64,000 bases of DNA, taken from positions 8,096,676 to 8,160,675 of the forward strand of contig NC_057756.1 in NCBI RefSeq assembly GCF_004010195.1, in the 5' to 3' direction. The stretch comes from Chiloscyllium plagiosum (lineage: Eukaryota). Positions 25,707-37,942 of this stretch are shown here, piece after piece. Under the pieces are notes generated by a model. It was not told the DNA's origin and searched no databases. It worked only from the letters and a program-made list of their open reading frames with translations. Each line of letters opens with the position of its first letter. Position 1 is the first letter of the stretch. The translations under genes and the position numbers were made by a program.

Positions 25707-26569
25707 TTTGGATTGTGAATTTGCAGAATCTTTGACCCTAGAGTGCAGTGAGACATTCGATAATTTTAAGGTGGAGATTGACAAACTATAATTATTAATG
25801 GGAAGGAGGCTTATGGAGAGCAGAGAGGATAGTGAAGCTGAGGCCGAGATGAGATCAGCTCTAACTGTATGAAATGGCAGAGCAGGCTCAAGGGCTTGAT
25901 TTGCCTCCAGTTGCTCCTGCATTTATGTTCTTATGTAAAGGAATGCACAAAATAATGACCTGACTGTATACGTAAAAAGAATAGGAAACTTGCATCAAGT
26001 GGTTTGGCAACTGCTCAACAGTTAGCTCCGTTGGTTGGATGGTCAGTTTGCAATGCAGAGTGAAACTAACAGCATGGGTTCAATTCATTGAACAAGATGA
26101 AGGGCATTTCTGATCAGTTCTCCCACTTGCCTGAGACATGGTGACACTCTGATTAAACCACAGCCAGTTGTCTCTCTGTAATGAGACAGCTGGGCTATGG
26201 CACTACTGCAACCTTACCTTGGTCCTACTCAAGTATATTTGGAAGAAAAACATACAGCCAGGTACACAGAAGAACATTCAATCAGCCTTGAATTGGAAAG
26301 TCATTATGGAAGCAACATGGAAGGAACCTTTCCTAATCACCATTTTGGTTTCAGCTCTTCAAACCATCTAGTTAAGCCCACTCCCTTGCTATTTCTCCTT
26401 ACCCTGTTACGTATTTCCCTCAAAATCTTCATTCAATTTTACAACTGATTTGTTTAAACTATTTCAGGATGTAATTTTGAGATTATGGCAAACCACTGCC
26501 TGAAAGGAAAGTCTGTACTCGCAGCTATCTATTTTGATAATTAGTCTGCATCCTCACTCAGTATTTACA

Positions 26570-27040
26570 GACAGCTACAGGAAGGATATTATTAATTTGG
26601 AGAGGCTTCAGGAAAGATTTACCAGGATATTGCCAGTTATAAAGAGAAGCTGGATAGGCTGGGACATTTTTTCACTGGAGTGTACAAGGTTGAGGTTTAT
26701 AAAAGATGAGGGATATAGACAAGATGAATTGCAAAGGTATTTTCCCCAGGGCAAGGAAGTCCAATACAAGAAGGCATATGTTTGTGGTGGGAGGAGAAAA
26801 GATGTAAAAGGGAGCTGAGGGGCAATCTTTTCAAACAGATGGTGGTCCCTGTGTGGAATGCGCTGCCAGAGGAAGTGGCGGATGCACGTACACTTACAAT
26901 GTTTCAAAGACATTTGGAGAGGAAAAGGTTTAGAGGGATATGGGCCAAATGCAGGCAAGTGGGACTAGGTTAGTTTGGGAAACCTGGTCGATATGGGTGA
27001 GTTGGACTGAAGAGTCTGTTTCCGTGTTGTATGACTCCAT
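26570..27040 (+). mobile_element. CR1/HER1 LINE 3' fragment
   Basis: YRKDIINLERLQERFTRILP...VWNALPEEVADA, followed by the family tail. Confidence 0.85.
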
Positions 27041-29295
27041 AACTCGATGACGTGGTTTATTGTAAATTTGCCCATGACAACTTCTTGCTGTCAACATGCT
27101 GCAAGAAGAATAAGCCTGGCATTTCCAGTTCTTCACTGGAACTCAAGACCTGGTATCTGGCACTAAACATTGGACTCTTCAATACAGTAACAGTCATCTT
27201 CAATCAATGGACTATTCTCGATACCAAGAGCATTTCTAGGACAAATCTGGAGCACTCTTAGTTGGTATTCCATTATAAGTTCCACCAAAAGGTTATTTTG
27301 TTGCAGTGGTTGTGTCCCTACCTCCAAGTGAGGATACTTAGGTTCAAGTCCCATTTGTTCCAAAGGTGCCTAGTAATGCCTCTCAACAAGTCAATCAGGA
27401 TAGGTCACATAATTGAATGTTCAACACAAGAGAGAGAGACTCATGATTCCAAGACTAAAGATGCAATGTTTGATATTTGTACTGAGACAATGTGAGCTCA
27501 AATGAATTAGCCAACACACCATTCAACCAATACTGATAGAATTCCACATTTTTGTGAGATACGCAGTGAACCAAGACCTGATCAGGATAGTCATTGTTCA
27601 GTTAGAGAGCTTTAATACTGTCCCTCTGCATCAAGTCAGGGATAAGCCTGGAAGAGGTTGCATTGATATGCTGCATCTCAGGGTTTAGAGGACTTTAGAA
27701 AGTCAACAAGGATTGTAGAAGCTGGCCAAAATCACAGAGATATGGAGGGTTGTAGGAACTGGAGAAGGTTAGAGAGAGAGAAATGGAGGGGCTGCAGATA
27801 TTTACGACAAAGGGAGGGGAAAAGGGCTGGAGAAGGTTACAGAGTAAATGACATAGAGGCTGGAGGAGGTTATGAGAGATAGGAATGGGTTTTGGGCCTG
27901 AAGGAAGTCATCAGGGTAGGGAGGTTTGTCAGGGCAAGAGAAAGTTACAGAGATAAATGGGATTGTTGGGCCTTATTCCTGTAAAGTAACAGAAACAAAT
28001 TGTTTCTGCAGTTGAGATGTTTACAAATATAGAGAGGATTTCAGGAGTTGGAGAAGTTTAGTGTATTTAGAAAGATTGCAAATGTGAAATGAGCTTCCCA
28101 GTATAACGATTATTATCCAGGCTTGAGGAAATCACATAGATAAGGAAGGTTATGGAGACCAGTTCTTTCAGTTGGGTTGAGGTTCGGGGTGGACCTTAAA
28201 TTTAAATTGAATGCACAGCAACCATTTGCATTCATTCTGTCTTTCTCTATTATGTACGCGTGCAATGCAACTTAGAAAGATAGGAAGTGTAAGGGTGTGT
28301 TCATGTGTGTTTGTCCGTATCGTGTGTGTGTGTGTGTGTGTGTGTGTGCATGTGCGCAAGCGACTATGCGTTTCTGACTATGTCTGTATGTGCCTGAGTT
28401 TCTGATTCTCTGTATGTAATGTCCATGTGGTTGATATCTATGCGTCTGAATGTGTTTATTGAAGCTGCACATTAGACTTAAATATTTACAAGTTAAAATA
28501 AATTTATCAGGAGTATTTACTGCTGTTAGCTCCTGAATTGTTTAAATAAGGAGTTCAATGGAGGTTAATCCACTGCTCACTGATCTCATTCCTCCTGTGC
28601 AAGCTCCTTAAATTGCTCAGTCGTACAGCACAAAGCTGCACAGACTCCTACCTGTTGGGTGAGAGAAAACGGATCCCGCAGTTCAATCCAAACCAGTGAG
28701 TACCTTTCACAGATGTACGAACACTGAAGAGAGAGACAGACAGAGAAAGAGCAAGGACAGTGGGAGTAGGCATGCAAATAAATGGTCAATGAGTGGGGGC
28801 AGAGGGCACAAAATTAGAGAGGTGCACATCACAGAGACAGAGAGAGAGAGAAAGGCAAAAGCAGACAGAGAGAGACAGAGAGAGAGATGGAGAGATAGCA
28901 AGAGATAGTGTGAGAGGGAGAGATTGAGAGAGACCGTAAGAGGCAGAGGAAGAAAAACAGGGAGAAACAAACATACTGAGTGAGGGAAGGAGACAGAGAG
29001 AGAAACAGAAGGAGGCATACCAACAGGAAGAGACAAACAGACAAACTGAAACAAAGACAGAGAGTAAGGGACAGAGAGAGAGGGAGAAAGAGACAGGGAG
29101 CGATAGAGATGCAGATGCACCGCATTCTGTCAATTTGTCTGGGTAATTCTTAGAGTACTGACATTCATACAGCTCAGGACACCCTTAGCACTGACTGTCA
29201 GGCCATGCGGCCCTCACTCAGTGCTGGTCTTCTGAGAGTGAAGCATAATTTCTGTATTGACCCACCAGTACTCACCAACAGAAAGTGTTGCATGC

Positions 29296-29780
29296 CCTCA
29301 GCACTGACCCTCCGAAAGTGCCCACTCCCTCAGCACTGACCCTCCGACAGTGTCCACTCCCTCAGCACTGACCCTCCGACAGTGCGGCACTCCCTCAGCA
29401 CTGACCCTCCGACAGTGCAGCACTCCCTCAGCACGGACCGTCCGACAGTGCGACACTCCCTCAGCATTGACCCTCCGACAGTGCGGCACTCCCTCAGCAC
29501 TGACCCTCCGACAGTGCCCACTCCCACAGCACGGACCCTCCGACAGTGCGGCGCTCCCTCAGCACTGACCCTCCGACAGTGCGGTACTCCTTCAGCACTG
29601 ACCCTCCGACAGTGTCCACTCCCTCAGTACTGACCCTCCGACAGTGCAGCACTCCCTCAGCACTGACCCTCCGACAGTGCAGCACTCCTCGGTACTGACC
29701 CTCCGACAGTGCGGCACTCCCTCAGCACTGACCCTCCGACAGTGCCCACTCCCTTAGCACTGACCCTCCGACAGTGCAGC
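29296..29780 (+). repeat. 33/31-bp minisatellite upstream of the pentraxin start codon
   Basis: About 15 copies of CACTCCCTCAGCACTGACCCTCCGACAGTGC(GG). Each unit contains the inverted repeat GCACTG/CAGTGC. Confidence 0.95.
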
Positions 29781-30063
29781 AATGCTGAAGTACAGCAGAG
29801 GGCAGACAACTTTGACTTCTGCATGGAAGTCCCATAGAATGGGATTTCAAACAATAGCCCGTCTACACTGATATAGGAGTGTTTGCCAGTGGAGCAAACC
29901 TGTGCACTGCCATAACTCTGAAAGAATTATTGGGGATATCACTTTATTTCCTGGGTGTTGAGTTTTACACGTCAGTGTTGGACTGCAGTTCTGATTGTAC
30001 TAAGCAGCATCAAACCTAGGGACGTAACTCTCTGATCATTACCATTTACAGACTGATTGCAGG

Positions 30064-30127
30064 ATGAAGAATTTCCTTCTCCTTGGGCTTGTCAGCTGCA
30101 TTATTCTACCTGGACTGGTCCATGGAG
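30064..30127 (+). CDS. Short pentraxin (CRP/SAP-like), coding exon 1: signal peptide
   Basis: MKNFLLLGLVSCIILPGLVHG, then G|GTATGC, a phase-1 donor. This matches the classic two-exon organisation of short pentraxins. Confidence 0.85.
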
Positions 30128-30594
30128 GTATGCTTGCTTTGATAACAAACAGGCTGCTGGGTTGCAATCCTCATTCTACAATATATTTTCTCATGCCGAG
30201 AATAAGCAGCCATGCAAAGCAGGGAGGTAGCAGATCCCAAAAGGAAACCCAGCTCGGTCGTCAGAGTGTGTTTGTGTGTCTGTACGTGAAAGAGTCATGG
30301 AAACGGAAACAATTGACCCGTTTTTTTTACACAGCAGGGGAGAGGCCCTTCAGTCCATCGTGTCCACGCCAGTCTTCAAGCATTTGTCTATTCCAATTCT
30401 ATTTACCAGCACTTGACCCACAACCTTTTTATGATACTGCATTTGAAGTGCTCACTAAATATTTCTCGATGATAGGCATGATGTGGAGGAGCCAGTGTTT
30501 CACTGTGGTGAACAAAGTTAAAAAGCACATAACACCAGGTTATTGTCCAACAAACCTCGGGATTTGTTAAATATATCACTTTACTTGCATGACA

Positions 30595-32875
30595 CTGAAT
30601 TGAATTTATTGTCATGTGTACCAAGGCACAGTGGAAAGCTTTGTCTTGCGAGCAACACAGGCAGATCACAGAGTTAAATAGCATAGATAAGTAAATAATA
30701 GGTAAACAGCCGCAAAAACAAAAAACACAAGCGAATGTTTGTGAGACCATTCAGTATTCCAACAAAAGTAGGGTAGAAACTGTTGCAAAGCCGGCTGGTG
30801 CATGTGTTCGTGCTCCTGTACCTTCTCCCCGATGGTAGAGGTTGTAGAAAAACATCGCCAGGGTGGGATGGATCTTTAAGAATGCTGGTAGCCTTTCCTT
30901 GACAGTGGGCCTGTAGATGGATTCTTTCGATGGGAGGTTGGCCTCTGTGATTGACCGGGCCAAATTCACCACTCTCTGTAACCATCTCTGATCTTGAATG
31001 GTACAGTTGCCATACCAGGCAGTGATACATTCGGACAGAATGCTCTCGATGGTGCACCTATAAAAGTTGGCAAGGATATTCACCATCATGCCAAATTTCC
31101 TCAGCTGCCTAAGGATGAAGAGATGTTGTTGGGCCTTTGTAATCAGTGCGTCCACATGAAGAGTCCAAGAAAACTTGTTGTGGATGACCACTCTCAGGAG
31201 CTTGACACTCTCCACTCGTTCCACCTCTGTGCTGTTAATGTGTGTGGGGGAGGGGGGGAGCGGGGGCATGAGTAACATCCCGGTGAAAGTCAATAATGAG
31301 TTCCTTGGTTTTGCTGGCATTGAGAGCTAGGTTGTTCTCAGTGCACCATTTTTCAACGTCTTCCACCTTCCGTCTGTAGTCTGTTTCGTCGCCATCTGAG
31401 ATTCGACTGACTATGATGGTGTCATCAGGGAACTTGTAAATGGCATTAGTCTGATATTTGGCGACGCAGTCATGGGTATACAGTGAGTACAGTTGGGGGC
31501 TCAGTACGCACCCCTGGGGGCTCCAGTGTTGAGTGTCAGTGATGATGAAATATTGTCCCCAATCTTCACTCATTGTGGCCTGTGGGTCAGGAAACTGAGG
31601 AAGGGCTTATGCCCGAAACGTCGATTCTCCTGTTCCCTGGATGCTGCCTGACCTGCTGCGCTTTTCCAGCAACACATTTCCAGCTCTGATCTCCAGCATC
31701 TGCAGACCTCACTTTCTCCTCCAGGAAACTGAGGATCCAGTTGCAGAGAGTGGGGCTTAGTGAGAGATCACAAACTTTAGTAATCAGTCTCAAGGGGATA
31801 ATAGTGTTGAAGGCTGAACTGTAGTCAATGAGTAGGATTCTTACGTAGCTGTTCTTGGTGTCAAGATGTTCTAGGGAGGAGTGAAGGGCAAATGATATGG
31901 GATCTGATGTGGATCTGTTGGTCCAATAAGCAAATTGGAGTGGGTCAAGAGTAGTGGGGAGGCTGGAGTTGATTAATGCCATGACCAGCCTTTCAAAGCA
32001 TTCATGACCACCAAAGTTAGGGCCACTGGGCGAGCTGCATGAGCCTTCTTAGGCACAGGGATAATGTTGGCCTCCTGAAACAGGCAGGGACAGTGGCCTG
32101 CTGCAGAGAGAGGTTAAAGATGTCCGAGAAGACCTCTGCCAGTTGATCTGTGCATGCTGAGTGCACGGCCTGGTACTCCATCTGGTCCCATCGCTTTCCT
32201 TGGATTCACATGAAGGAAAACTTGATCTGACCTCTGATGCAGTGACTGTTGGGATGGATTCATCAGGACTTGTCAGAATAGTTGTTACCTCTCCGCCAAA
32301 ATTCTGCTAAAAGTGAGCATAGAAGATGTTGAGACAATCTAGGAGGGATACGTCATCATTTGCTATCTTGTACTGTCTTTTTTTAGAACCTGTGACATCA
32401 ATCAGTCCTTGCCATATTCACCAGTTATTTGGATCGATATTGGTCCTTGGCCATTTTAATGGTTCTGCGAAGGTCATACTTGAATTCCTTACATTTAAGT
32501 GGCTCTCCTGATCTGAAGGCCTCGCGCTTGGTTTTTAGCAGGTTCTGTATGTCCTGGTTCATCCAGTGTTTCCTGTTGGGGAACACCCAGATTGACTTCC
32601 TCGGTATGCAGTCCTCCACACGCTTGCTGATAAAGTCTGTGACAGTGGTGGTGTACTCGTCCAAGGTACCTGCAGACTGTTTGAACCTGGCCCAATCAGC
32701 CAATTCCAGACAGCACTGGAGTAGATCCTCTGCCTCCTCTGACCAGCACTGGACCTGTATCTGCGAGGGGGTCTCCTGTTTGAGCTTTTGCCTGTAAGCC
32801 CGGAGAAGAAACATGGCATTGTAGTCAGAGCTCCCGAAATGAGGGTTGGGATGCAGTGGTAGGCATCCTTCACAG
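30595..32875 (-). mobile_element. Rex1/Babar-clade LINE (5'-truncated, decayed) in the pentraxin intron
   Basis: RT motifs LDPLQFAY..NRST.D, VRILLIDYSSAFNTIIP and PQGCVLSPQLYSLYTHDC...KFPDDT. C-terminal FYRCTIESILS.CITAWYG. (CAATT)n tail. Confidence 0.85.
31602..31721 (+). mobile_element. 120-bp Penelope terminal fragment inside the Rex1 LINE
   Basis: Perfect 14-bp TSD CAGGAAACTGAGGA (31588-31601 and 31722-31735). Reverse complement of the terminus at 44657-44775. Confidence 0.9.
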
Positions 32876-33951
32876 TGTTAAGGAAACACTAAATAGCTTC
32901 AAAGCTATTGCCTCCAAATACACCTGTTGGACTATAACCTTGTGTTGTGTGATTTTAACTAAATACTTCTCAAATGTCTTGAGTCTCCCAGCGTCTATAA
33001 TCATTTAAGGCCTTAAATTCTAGATACTTCTATACACACAACCTTCTGCATACAACACTTACCACAAATACCCCTCTGAAATGTCTGTTCCTTACCTTAA
33101 AGCTGTTCCAGTTGGTTATTGATCCCTCTGCTCAGGTGAGAGATTTCTTACTGTAAGCTCTCTCTATGCCACTTAGATCATTGTGCACTTGTTTCAGATC
33201 TGCCTTCAGTCTCCTCTGCTCAGAAGAAAACAATCACAGGATCTCTATTCTGTCTTGTGTGCTTTTCTGTGTGACAATATGAACGAGTCTTTATGTGTGT
33301 GTGTGTGTGTGTGTCTCTGTGTTGACTTTGTGGGTTTATGCAATTGAGATTTTGAGCATTTCTGTGGGTGTCTGTCTGTGATTATGTGAATGAATTTCTT
33401 TTTCTTAGTGTGTGTTTGTGTGTATTGATGCAAAAGACTTTTGGTTTCTTTGTGTGTGTTTCTGTGTATCAAAGTCAATGAATTCCTGTGACTTTGTATA
33501 TATGCATGCATGAGTTTCTATATGAATGAGAGAATGTGTTTCTTGGGATCGTCTGTCTGTCTGAAGAAGTGTTTCAGTTTTTGGGGATTTTTATGTGTGT
33601 GACTGTGTGTATAATATTTATGTGAAAATATGTTTTCAATGTAACGGTGTTTATGAGGACAGAAAGTGTGTGTGACAATTTGACAGAGAATATGTGTGTG
33701 AGAGACAGAGAGAGGGAGCATGAGTATGTTTTTGAGAGGTAATGTGTTTGGGAGAGAGCAATCTTATGTGTGCAACCACATGACAGTGTTTGTTTGAAGG
33801 TGTGTGAGTGCATGAAGCAGTGTAAAGCATCGGAGAGTAGGAGGAGGCTGGAAGATCTGACCCTTTTCCCCTTTCCGCCTCTTCCATTCCCTTTGCATCT
33901 CATAGATACTCCTTTCCAAAGGCTCAACACTGTCTTTTCCTTTGTTTACAG

Positions 33952-34568
33952 GTTTATTGGGCAAGTCGCTAGTTTTCTCGACTCAAACCGACAGTATTTA
34001 TGTGAAGTTGCTGCCTAATGAATTCTCCCAGCTCTCGGCGTTCACTCTCTGCCTGAGGGCTGCCTCAGAGGCGAAGCGAGGCTACAGCTTGTTGTCCTAT
34101 GCCACAGCGACTAAGGACAATGAGTTGCTGCTCTGGCACAATGAGGACACCAGGCTGTCCCTTTACTTTGGCAGCAACATATTCTATTTTGCCCTCCCAG
34201 AGACCGATGCTCTGCTGAGACACATCTGCGTGAGCTGGGAGTCCTCAACTGGATTCATCACCTTCTGGCTCAATGGAGTCCGGAGTCTTCAGAAAGTTGG
34301 GAACAGCGGTGCGGTGGTCCGAGGTGGGGGCACGTTTATCCTGGGTCAGGAACAGGATCAGGTGGAGGGCAAGTTTGACAGCAAGCAGAGTTTCGTGGGA
34401 GAGCTGACAGACGTCCACTTGTGGGACCATGTCCTGTCAGCAAACGACATCAAGGCGCTCAGTCAAGGGTGTCACAGCGCTGGGGGTAACATCATCAACT
34501 GGGACACAGTGCTATACGAGAGCAGGGGGAATGTGAATGTGGAGGATAATCACGATTGTAGCTTCTAA
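33952..34568 (+). CDS. Short pentraxin (CRP/SAP-like), coding exon 2: pentraxin domain
   Basis: Acceptor TTTGTTTACAG| at 33951. Motifs AFTLCLR, the pentraxin signature HICVSWES and the Ca-binding segment ILGQEQD...FD..QSFVGELTDVHLWD. Spliced CDS is 681 nt (226 aa) with no disablements. Confidence 0.95.
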
Positions 34569-34668
34569 AAAATTGGGACTGGTTTGGATTTGATGGGAGC
34601 ATTCACATGCTGACTCTCCTACGGGCACTCCTGTAAATGGACACAAGTGCAGAAACACACACAGACCT

Positions 34669-35193
34669 CAAAGTTTGGGAGAAGATTTGTAGCTTGGTTG
34701 CTCTTTGTTGTGGTTCTGTTCGCCGAGCTGGGAATTTGTGTTGCAGACGTTTCGTCCCCTGTCTAGGTGACATCCTCAGTGCTTGGGAACCTCCTGTGAA
34801 GCGCTTCTGTGATCTTTCCTCCGGCATTTATAGTGGTTTGAATCTGCCGCTTCCAGTTGTCAGTTCCAGCTGTCTGCTGCAGTGGCCGGTATATTGGGTC
34901 CAGGTCGATGTGCTTATTAATTGAATCTGTGGATGAGGAGAAGTCAAAATAGAGGCATGGCACTCATCCACAGATTCAATCAATAAGCACATCGACCTGG
35001 ACCCAATATACCAACCACTGCAACGGAGAGCTAGAACTGACAACCGGAAGTGGCAGAGAGAAACTACTATAAATGCTGGAGGAAAGATCACAGAAGCGCT
35101 TCACAGGAGGCTCCCAAGACTGAGGATGTCACCTAGACAGGGGACAAAACATCTGCAATACAAATTCCCAGCTCGGCGAACAGAACCACAACA
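34669..35193. mobile_element. Penelope-derived fold-back element (about 230-bp arms) just downstream of the pentraxin stop codon
   Basis: Arms 34705-34937 and 34963-35194. TSD ACACACAGACCT (34657-34668 and 35194-35205). Encodes the PLE ORF C-terminus IEAWHSSTDSINKHIDLDPIY. Hammerhead motif in each arm. Confidence 0.85.
34746..34779 (-). ncRNA. Minimal hammerhead ribozyme motif (intact core)
   Basis: Minus strand reads GCA-CUGAGGA-U-GUC-accuagacaggg-GAC-GAAA-C-GUC-UGC, i.e. CUGANGA, GAAA, UH and short stems I and II. Confidence 0.65.
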
Positions 35194-37858
35194 ACACACA
35201 GACCTGTCCTGCCCCCCCAATACACACACCCACACAGTGGCTCCCCAACACAATACAATATACACACCCAAATACACACGCTCTCTCACACATACACACT
35301 CCCTAACACAACACACACACACTCCCTAACAAAACACAACACACACTCACACACGTAGACCCTAACATAACTCACACAAGGACACTAAAACACATGGACA
35401 TATAGAAACATGTGCACCACACAAACATGCAAAAACTAATTGGCAGCTCATGGATGTGCACATCATTTGCAAAATGCTGCTAACTTGAGTGTCAGAGGTC
35501 AGACTTTTGAGAGTTCCCTTAGTCAAGATCTGTCCTGGATTGTGAATGTACCCTCATGTAATTACAAATACTTAATCTCTATATATGTCTCTGTTTTCAT
35601 GAAAATGTAAGACTCAAACATTGAGCAAGTACACAGAATAAACAGTAATTCTTGCCATTAAATTCATAAACTCACAATAAAAAAGGGGTTTCTGTGATTT
35701 TATTCTGAATGCTCTCTTGAACACATCCACATACCTGTGTACACTTGTCAGTGGCAGTGTTGCTGCTCTCAGACCAAGAAACCTGGTTTCAAACCTCATC
35801 TCCTCTAGATGCCTGTTACAACATTGCTGAGCAGATTGATTGGGGAGGCTATCTCATGGTCACCTATCAGGAATTAGGAAGTCAGTGGGTACTGAACTAT
35901 ATTCTAAGACTGGAGTAGGTCTGGAGGCTTTCTTGGGATGTATTTGGAATTGTAGAATGAACTGTAGATGTGTGAATATTATCGAAAGGTGAGCTGGTGC
36001 AGGTTATACAGATAAGGAGGAATCTAGGGTTCAGATATATATACATCTTTAATAAAGATAAATAGAACAAGTTTATAACAAATAAATTTAAATAAAAGCA
36101 GAGGTAAGGATTATTATTCAATTACTTAAACAGGACAAATATATTTGCATGTATATTCACATGTAAAATACGCACACCTTCATGAAACCTTCAAGTCTTG
36201 GAAAATATTATGACATTTTTAGGAATACAAACATAACAGGACTTATGCAAAGAAACAGTTCAATTTAAAATAAAACATGATTGTGAGTTTTTATTTAACT
36301 GCAGTGGAAGAGTCTTTCTACTCAAGATTTTGTGACTGGATGACTTCATAGATCAGTAATAATAGGTTGAAGTCACTTACTGTTAATAACAGTTAAGAAA
36401 GGGAATTCTCCTTCACCAAGCCTTTATTTCAACACTGAGTTCCTCCAGGGGATTTTGAACTCAGACATTGATAAGGAAGCATTCAGAGAAATACAGAGGA
36501 TTTTTGAAGGCAGGTTATTTCCCTGTCTAGCTGCATTCAGATACAATAACGTCCTTATTATGCTGACAGTGCATCATGTCAACATTCCTTGAGAGTAATG
36601 TGGATTTAGAGATTCCAGTCGCGTGCTTTGTATTCTGTGCAACTTCATCACTTTTTTTTGTCACAGCCCATCTCCTTTGCTTTCTCAAGCACACCTTCTG
36701 AAATATCCAATATTATGCCAGTCAAAGATATTCTAAATTGATATTAGAGATATTTAAAGCACTCTGCTTGGTACCTACAAAACCTCCTGGAAGCCATTGT
36801 TTTGAATATCGTGGTGCAGGGATGACACTGACCACAGGAGTGCTGTTGCTCACAAATGTCTACCAATTGCCAAAGTTTTGTTCTCATCACTTTCAAAGTA
36901 TGTTTCATGCTGTTCTCACTTCAAATGCATTCACAGCGTCGAACATCAATGACATCATCAAACAGGAAAGCAGGTAATCATCTTCATGAATTTTCAGAGA
37001 GCGGTCCAAGTAAATTAAAGCATTGAGTGTCTTTCAACTTAGAATACTCTTAGATTAGATTCCCTACAGAGTGGAAATAGGCTATTGTGCCTTCTACTCA
37101 CCAAACAATCTTTTATCCATGTGGACAGCTTATTCCTTTCATCATGAACTCCGACTTTACACAATCACTTTTTTTTCTCTGTGTCTCCTTGTCAAATACC
37201 TTACAGAAATTAAGGTACAAGCTTCCTTAAAACCCAAAGAGCTATCCATTTTACCTTTGTAGCAAGCTCCATCTAGTCACTTTAATTCCTTTCTCTGATT
37301 AACCTTTTAGTCATTCTCTGCTGTTCTTTATATTCTGCCCAATCAACTCACCCAGCAATCATCTCAGCACAATAATGCTTTTAAGTTTGATGCTTTCCTT
37401 AGCCTCTTTACTCAATCATGGATACTGTGTCCTCCTCTTGGAATTTTTCTTCCTGATAGGAACATGCGGATATCCTTAAATGTCTGCCATTGCTTAGCAA
37501 ATGATCTATCCGCTAGCCTGGTATCCCTGTTCACTGTAGTTCTCTCAGCTTTCACACCCATGTTGTTACTATTGCTTGTAAATTAGTCTTGAATCCAACC
37601 TTCATTTTCAAACTGGTGATGGACATCGATAATGTGAATAGCAAGGGCCTTTGCCCTATGGTGGGGGAATTCAGAAGTAGGTGGCATACTTTTAGAATGA
37701 GAGGAGAAAGTTTTAAAAGGACACACCTTTATATAGAGATTAGTTCGTGTGTGAAATGGGCCGCTATAGGAATTGTTGGATGCAGGTACAATTAGGACAT
37801 TTAAAAGACATTAGGATAAGCACATGAATAAGAAAGGTTTGGACAGTTATCGGCCAAG

Positions 37859-37942
37859 GTAAAAACAATGACTGCAGATGCTGGAAACCAGATTCTGGAT
37901 TAGAGTGGTGCTGGAAAAGCACAGCAGTTCAGGCAGCATCCA
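37859..37942 (+). mobile_element. 84-bp Penelope terminal fragment inside a CR1 3' fragment (37600-38045)
   Basis: 14-bp TSD AGTTAT(C/A)GGCCAAG (37845-37858 and 37943-37956). Same family as the 7850 element. Confidence 0.85.

Noticed and set aside
29296..29780. CRISPR-like array or repetitive protein (PSALTLRQC)n
   Set aside because: Units are head-to-tail with no unique spacers, the context is vertebrate, and 31-bp units break the frame. It is a minisatellite.
30064..30570. 168-aa single-exon secreted protein
   Set aside because: Only the first 64 nt are coding. The rest is read-through past a GT donor into intron and repeat sequence.
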